Both the position numbers and the translations under genes were made by a program. A stretch of 64,000 bases of DNA. Source: Perna viridis. Taxonomy: Eukaryota. The DNA lies in assembly GCA_037379345.1 (NCBI GenBank), contig CM074516.1, forward strand, positions 34,881,626 to 34,945,625, read 5' to 3'. The notes beneath the pieces are model-generated. The model was not told the DNA's origin and made no database searches. It was given only the letters and a program-made list of their open reading frames with translations. Positions 54,301 through 63,300 of this stretch are shown here, one piece after another (position 1 is the stretch's first letter; the number at the start of each line of letters is the position of its first letter).

Positions 54301-57300
54301 TTTATATTAGGTTCTGTGTGTCCCAAACATGTTTTAATTGACCTGACCTGATTAAATTAACTGATTATTATATATCTTAATTTTCTGCCATTGATAGTTA
54401 AACATGACAAAAATAAAACAAATAAAGAAATTGTCCAAGTTACATGAATCAGGACCAACACCACAACATTATAAACCAAATAACACTGACCATTAATCCA
54501 TACAGTAGAGTATGAGCCACACTGTTCATAATCTGTTGGTTTAGTGGCTAGTTTGTACTCTCCCTCAAATCTATACCACCCTGACTTCATGTTCGTTGAT
54601 TCGCAGTTAGATGTTGTAACCGTATGGTTGTAATCAGAATGACGAGATTTATCATACTCTATACTAGTGTAGTTATAACATGGATCTTCTTGGAATTCTA
54701 GAAATTTACAACAATGTTATCAATTACAAGGTCAGACTTTATGTGTTAATATTGGTACATTCCATTTAAAGATAAAACAAGACTGTGGTTAAAAGACTAA
54801 AACCAATACAGACGCTTGCCCAGCAGGTGTCAAATATACCATACATACATTGAAAGGATTTCAAATCAAAGGTTGATTAACTCTGATAAACAGTTAGTCA
54901 TGTTAGTATTGTAACAGTAGTACTCTTTCACCTCAATTGGTAGAGGTATGACCAAGAGGGTAGCTATAGATACAAACCTACCAACACTATTTGTGAATCT
55001 TGCACACTGCATGGTACTTACTCTCAGTTGGCATCAAAGTAAAGAACAAACTGTATTACTATGGTCAAAATGCTTATTTTTGGCTTTCAAGGTAAATGGA
55101 CATATAGCTTCATAGGTAGATTTAAACATTATGCTTCATCAACTGTTCTAGAGGAGTACTCCTTTAGCTGGGGTGATGGAGCATCAGCAAACAACAATGG
55201 TTCATATGTTTAGCTAGATAATAAACCTTATACCGTCTGTACTGTTACAGAATATACCTGTACAATATCTTCCACACCCTTCAAATGGAGATTTAAGATA
55301 AAAAGTGTTGTAACCATGGCAATGCATAACATAAATATCCCAGGATTGTTCACAGTTAGAATCATTCCCCACCTTACAGGCTTTCATCACTGCTGTCTCT
55401 CCATACTCAGTGGGATAGGTACCTACAGAGACACAAAATAAAGTTAGAATCATTTCCCACCTTACAAGCTTTCATCAAAGCTGTCTCTCCATACTCAGTG
55501 GGAAAGGTACCTGTAAAAAGAGAGTATTGTAGATGTACATATTGATGGAATAGAGAATATGGACATTATACAATTATCTTAAGGTATGAAATATCCCAGA
55601 AATACTGAGCTCTGCATACTGGACAGTCAAGAAATATCATTAAGGAGAAAAAACTATAAAAAGAAACTCCTAACGAATGAAAAAAGAGCAAAATATATCA
55701 AATTTAACAAAACACCAATTAAGTGTGCAAAAGTAGATAGGATTGAATGAAAATCAGGAAGGAAATGGCACAACTTACTGATCCAACCAATAATGTGACA
55801 ATAGTAAATCCTACCTTGAGCCCATATGGGATACCATGTTCTACACATTCTCTGCTCTGATGGCCATGTTGGAATGTTTTCATTATTACTGAATCTGTAC
55901 CATTGTTCCATGTCTATGTAATTCATGCTAGAGTAGTAACCATGGTAACCATCACATCTCTCTTGTTCTTCTGGCCTCATTGTGTAGTTAACCAGTCTGT
56001 CAAACTCACTGTTTAATGTGTTGTAGGAATAACATGGAGAATCCCAAAACCTGTCCCATGTGGTGTTAAGTGCCTCTGTCAAAATGTGAAATCATATAAA
56101 GAATTACATAAGAATCTTACACTTTAAACTGTAAGGTCAACAATAGACTTGTTTTTTTAACTTAATTTGACAGGTCTCATTCTTTTGTGACTTTGACATT
56201 ATGTTTGATTAAGTATGAATATGATAATATTAAAACTGGTATGGCTTCAGAACATTAGGAAAAGTACAGTGTTCAATAAATGAAGTTAAAGTCAAATGTT
56301 AAAATTCCTGTAATAAGTCAGCAGGCCAGTTTTATATCCACAACATTAACTCTGTAACTCACCAAGATACACTTATATATCAAATATCAGCACTAGCATA
56401 AATTATTTCGGTAAGATGTCATTTATTAAAAATAAAATCAACTTGCAAAGAGGAACAAGATGTAAATTGTCGGTATATAACCATTTTAAAACAGTCACTG
56501 AAACAAAAGCAGCTCATTTCATGCAAGTGATAAAAAGATGTCCATAAAACTGGACAAACATATGATAACTAATGACAAAATGATGAACAATATTAAAATC
56601 ATAGCAAACTTTTTGGTAAATAATAAACCCAATACCTAGACAATATCTGCCACACATCCCCTTCGGTTTGAGATACATTATATCAAAGGATCCACATTTC
56701 ATCACAGGAACTGTCCAGTTGTAGACACAGGGTGATAAATTTGATCCCTGACAGGCTGTCATATAAGATATCTCTCTGTCAGTCTCTGGCAAATGTCCTG
56801 ATAAAATAGGTGGCATTTAAAAAATCCTAGCATTTTCTTAAATGACATTTAATTAAATATCATTATGTGTAAATTTCGATTGCAATTTTGAGCATTGTTT
56901 TTATTGTCCCTATGGACTGAAGATTATTTTTTCTATGCAGTAGAGTGAGAGTAGAAATAATCAACAGAAACTAAAAAACTACATCATTGTCTATGTTGAC
57001 ATTAAAAACAGAGCAATATACAAATTTGCATTCAGCTATTTCACCAACTCAACAGTTTGAGAGACCATGTCATTCCAACATGAATTTACTCTAATTTTAA
57101 TCTTGAAAAAGAATGTAAGGCAATGATGCTGGTGGTTTGTTAATTCATTGACTTCTTTTAATAGTCTCACAAGAATGTTGAGTCAAACAATATACTAATA
57201 GGATAATGAATTGGTAAGAGTGAATAATCAAAATATTATCACAAGAGCTTAAGAAAACCTAGATTTAATAAGTATGTGGAACATGTTCCAAGCACAAGTT

Positions 57301-60300
57301 CAATCATAATGTGATCTTCCCATGAGTAATTATATTTTCGTTTTCCATGATATTAACCATTTGATTATCCTATCTATTCACAGATTTTCTCAATAATTTA
57401 TTGCAATTGTCAACATAAATTTTAAATCTTATGATCAATAGATTGTAACTTTTTGGTGGGAGAAAGTCTGAGAGTGAAATTACCAAATTTGTTTCACAGT
57501 GTGAATTACTGATTTTTTTTTTGTTGCACAGGAAACATATGATAAATCACTGCTTTCTTTATAATACATCTTTTCCTATACCTTTCATCCAGATAGGTTC
57601 TGATGATCCACACTGCCCTTCTCCTACAGGGGTCATTGCTGGCCTGTAGTCACCTTCCATTCTATACCATCCATACCCCAATGATGAGGACTCACAGTTA
57701 TAGTTCATTCCCATTGGATGATAATAGTCCATGTGACGGGTGTGGTCATAGTCCAACAAGGTGTAATTAGAGCAAGGGTCTACTGCTGGTTCTGTAATAT
57801 AAAGTATATTAAAGGTGACAACTGCAGAGACACATCAGAATATATCATTATTTAAGTACCATTACCATCAGAGTTGGAGTTAATTTTTTTGTGTATACCA
57901 AGTGATTTACTGTGTGTTTATTTGTAGCAGTTTTGAATTTGAGTTGTAATTACAAATAAATTAATATTGACAGAGGAATGGATCTTCTACTCCTCAGCCA
58001 AAGTATCCTAGTTGTCAGGGAACTTTAAATGTGTGTATTAATGTTCACAGTTTTGTTTTCAATATGACTATCAGTAATTTGCAGTAAGAACAGCTATGTT
58101 TTAAACAGAAAATTTATATTTTTTTAACTAGAACTCTTCATATCAACTCAAGGAAACCACAGAACTGATACCAAACTATAAATATCTCAGACAGTACCAG
58201 TACAATATCTGCCACATTCCTTGTTATAATCCAAAGATTTGAGCTCTGCCACATTGAAGTCTGTACAGTGCATTACAGTAACATTCCAGTTGTGGTAGCA
58301 GTCTGTATCATTCACTACCATACAGGCTGTTAAGTTGGCTATCTCTCCATACTGTGTTGGGTACTGGCCTGTAATGAAACAATGCAAACTAAGTATATTA
58401 TTGAACCATAAAATCAGTCAAAATCATTAAGTCAGTCTAAGGATATGAACAGGGCTACTATAATTTTGGCACAATTTTTTTGACATATAATATGGCAAGA
58501 AACTATGAAACCATGAACATTGACAATTTGGGCTTAGAAGCATTCATGAATAGACTGCTAATAGTAAAGTTTATATATTGTAACATTATTATGTAATAGT
58601 TTTTGTACAGAATCAGCAGCAAAAATGCGAAAGTTTGAATTATGAAGCTGTAAAACATATTAAAGTCATGGCAAACTGGTATACAAACCTACCATCTAGC
58701 CAGATTGGAGACTGTGTTCCACATTGTCCTGGTTTTGGTGGAGATGTTGGAATGTCCTCTCCCTCACTAAATCTGGCCCATCCATCATGATATATACCAA
58801 AGCTATCATAAGTCCAGTATCTGTCACAATACTGGGCATCCCCTTCCTGGTAAGTGTAGTTTACACTCCTCTCAAAGTCACTCTGTACAACACGATGTTG
58901 GTGACATGGAACATCCCATGGTATGTTGCCTGGCTCTGTGTAACCAATTGTATTAGTATGTATCAAGAAGACAAAAGGCCAACAATGTTAAAGTAATTCA
59001 ATTTTATAAAGATAAATGCCAAAGAAATGCATTAGCCTGTTGTGAAAATACTTTAATTTGTGGATACTAATTTTCATGGATTAAAGAAAATACACAAATT
59101 CATTGATTCTTGAATTCATGGTTTTGAGGTTTTCAGCACACACATCAATGAAAATCTGCTTTTCGTTGAGAACCAAATTTCGTGGTCTGGCTCAACCACA
59201 AAAAAACACGAAAATTGGTACCCCATGAACAGTAGTACTTTCACAGTATGCATTTTGTACATGCATGTCAATGAATCAGTTCTATTTCAAGTACAGTGCA
59301 CATCGAAACCTATCTAATCTGAACCATGTTTAGTTTAGGCAGTTATTCAGTTTATACAGGTTTAAAATGCATTGAAAATGATGTAAAAGAGACTTCACAA
59401 GATTATATACAGAGGTTTCCAGTTGATGATGGGTTTAGCAGCACTTAACATGCAAATCCAAATCAATTCAAGTTCTTCATGCATTTATTGTTTAGAATCA
59501 AATGTCTAGTTTTAATATAACAGATTACAGGATCTTAGAAAGGGTACAGTAGCCCATGATAGCTTATGTTTTTTATTTACATGTAAAATGACTTTATTTT
59601 TATATAAAAAGGACACTTCAGTACTCAAAACTTAGCACTAACATTAGTAAAATCTTGAAGAATTTTTCATTTAACCCCAACAAAAGAATACTGAGGCATA
59701 ATCAAACACAATGAGACACCAACATATGAAAAGATAATTTCAGGACATTGAATGTATATTACCTAGACAATATCTTCCACACATGCCTGAGGACTGTAGG
59801 TAATAGATGTTATAGGAAGGACACTTCATTACAGGTATATCCCAGTTATAGGAACACCAATCTGAGGACATAGAGTCCATTTCACAAGCCCTGACATTAC
59901 TGATGGTACCTTCCATCTCAGGGAAAGTCCCTGGAATTGTTTATCAAAAGAACAATTATAAATTTATGCTGATGATAGTAAAATTTTCTACTGCTTAATA
60001 AATCAAGGTTCTTTTACATGTTATAATGTCTGATAAACACTTTTCCAAAATAAATACTAATAACATTTTTGCCTTCAATTGTGTTTATGAATTAGCATCG
60101 AAATAAATATGCAACTAATACTGCACATACTAATGAAAGAGTAAATAAGTATACCATGAGTTACACTAAAATTCAAGAATTCTACATAAAGAATATTGTT
60201 TTAAGAATGCTACTCACCATTAACCCATACTGTTGAGTAAGCCCCACAATGTCCATACACAGTAGGAGAGGTAGCAAGCTCAAAATCGCCTTCAAATCTA

Positions 60301-63300
60301 TACCATCTTTGATAAAAACTGGTGGATTCACAGTTATGTGTGGTAGTAGTATGACTATAGTCAGAATGACGCGACTCATCATAAGGTATACTGGTGTAAT
60401 TATTGCATGGGTCAACCTGAGGCTCTGCAATAACAATGTAATGCAATTTTAATTTAAATTGATGTTTTTACAACCTCTACCACTTCCTTTCTAAAAGATA
60501 AGAACTCCTTCAAGTTTTTCAACGAAGACAAATCAAGTAAGGAATGAAAGACACTAAAACTCATTAAGGAATGAAAGACACTGTAACAAAACTTCAGATT
60601 TTTTAGCCCTAACATAAAGCTCAGAATCAAACATTCTAATAAATAAAATCATGAACTTAAGTTTCTTTAGAAGTTGTAACAAAAGAATATTTAAAAATAA
60701 AACTTGTTCCTTACAATTCATATTGCAAGCATGATTATCTCCCTTTCATCAAGTTTAAACTAAGAACATACCTGCACAATACTTTCCACAGCCATAATAT
60801 ATAGGCGTCAAGTAGAATGAGTTATAACCATGGCAACGCATGACATAAACATCCCATGATTGTTCACAGTTAGAATCATTCCCAACCTTACAGGCTTTCA
60901 TTACTGCCATTTCAGCATACTCTGTTGGATAGGTACCTGCAGTTTAGAACAGCAAAAATATAAATGGGGATTAAAGTAATATCATTTGATTATTTGCAAT
61001 CACATTTCGTTAACCTTTTCATCCAGCAGAGGTTCTCTCTTACTGGTGTCTATCTGTTTTTTTTTCCAATTTTGAGTTATAACACATTATCCATATGGAT
61101 TATAAAAAAGCAAACAATGCATGTGTTCAAGAAGTTTTTAAACAACTTTAAATGAGTATAATTGCAGACTTACTTATGCTAAATAAAGATTTTATTGGGA
61201 CTGAACCCTTATACATTATTTTCATCTTCAAAGCAGCCATTTTGTTGTATAGTCTTTTATAAGGATAATTGTAAATGAAATTAGTGGTATCTGACATATA
61301 ATAACAGAGTAGAATTTTTTTGGTAAAAAGATGGTAGATGACATCAGATACCAGACATTCCAAGCGAAATGATGACATAGGTTCACAATGAAACTACTGA
61401 TCAGATCTAGATTTCTGTGATTATCTATGGCAACAAATAGAAATTGAATTAGTAGAGTAATTTAGAGGAGAAGAGCATATTCATATTCACAAATCCCAAT
61501 ACATCTATCAGCCTACCTTCCAACCAAACAGGATTCCTTGACCCACAAGATAGCTGTTCAGGTGCAGTGGTCGGTATGTTTTCATTGTTACCAAATCTGT
61601 ACCAGTCTGTACTGGTAATACCCTGCATACCACTATAGTAGTATCCATAGTAATTGTCACATGATTCTGATTCTCCAGGCTGAAGCTGATAGTTTACCCA
61701 TCTTTCAACATTTCCTGGCATTATACTAGGTGAGTAACATGGACTGTCCCACTGCATGGTCCATGTATCATTCTGGGCCTCTATAAAAAACAGTAACTAA
61801 CATAGATGAATAAAGGATGAGGGAAGTTTGATATTATAGGATGAGAGAAGTTTGATATTATAGGATGATGGAAGTTTGATATTATAGGATGGGGGAGTTT
61901 GATATTATAGGATGAGGAAGTCTGATATTATAGGATGAGGGAAGTTTGATATTATAGGATGAGGAAGTTTCATATTATAGGATGGGGAAGTTTGATATTA
62001 TAGGATGGGGGAAGTTTGATATTATAGGATGGGGGAAGTCTGATATTATAGGATGAGGGAGTTTGATATTATAGGATGTGGAAGTTTGATATTATAGGAT
62101 GTGGGGAGTTTGATATTATAGGATGAGGGAAGTTTGATATTATAGGATGAGGAAGTTTGATATTATAGGATGGGGAAGTTTGATATTATAGGATGGAGGA
62201 GTTGGATATTATAGGATGAGGGAAGTTTGATATTATAGGATGGGGGAGTTTGATATTATAGGATGAGGGAAGTTTGATATTATAGGATGGGGGAAGTTTG
62301 ATATTATAGGATGAGGAAGTTTGATATTATAGGATGAGGGAAGTTTGAGTGTTGTTTTGGCAGTTGTTTGCCAAATGTTTGTCCAGAGGATAAAAATTGG
62401 TTTACAAGAAGTGAAAAAAGACATGTTTGAAAACCTCATTAAAACCTTAATTGAAACTTCGTTTTAAAATGAAAAAATTGCAATGTTTTGCTATTTCTTT
62501 TTAGAAAAATTTAAAAATGTTTTTAGACACTTCATTAGGCTGTAAACACTGATGTTTATACAGATTTGTAACATACCTAAACAGTATCGCTTAATACACA
62601 TAGACATATCATCTCGTCTTAAATACATGATATCAAAGGAGCCACACTTCATCATCGGCACAGTCCAACTGCTAGAACAGGGGGAATAACTTGATGATTG
62701 ACAGGCTTTCACGTAAGAAGTTTCTCTATCAACCTCTGGTAATGATCCTAAAATGTATAAAAAGGGTGTCTAATTATTCAACTGATACAAGTTAAAACAC
62801 AAAGAACTTTTTGTTTTTGCTGCCTTTCAGAGCTCACTTAAAGGTGTGTTTACACTTGTTGAAGACCTTGAATATTTTGGATATGCTGGAACATTTGTTG
62901 TGTTACATTATATCTGTTCTTTATTCCATTTTAAAATAGTTATCAGAAAATCCTCGTGTTCTACCTAAATCATTCATTAACCAAAGCAATTCTATCTCAT
63001 TTCAAATATAAAACTGTAACTTTTATCAAGACAGGTTTATAAGGTCCACAATGTTTTGGAAACCTTACCTTTTATCCTAACATGCACATAGGACCCACAA
63101 CAGTCTGGGTTCAAAGGTGCCAGTCTATAGTCCTTCTATGAATCTTACCTTTTATCCAGACAGGTCTATAAGACCCACAATGACCTGGTCCTACAGGAGT
63201 TGTAGCCAGTCTATAGTCCCCTTCAATCCTATACCACCCAGTGGACCACACAGAAGACAGACAGGTTGTCATACTATTAGGGTTGTAGTAGTCAGCATGG

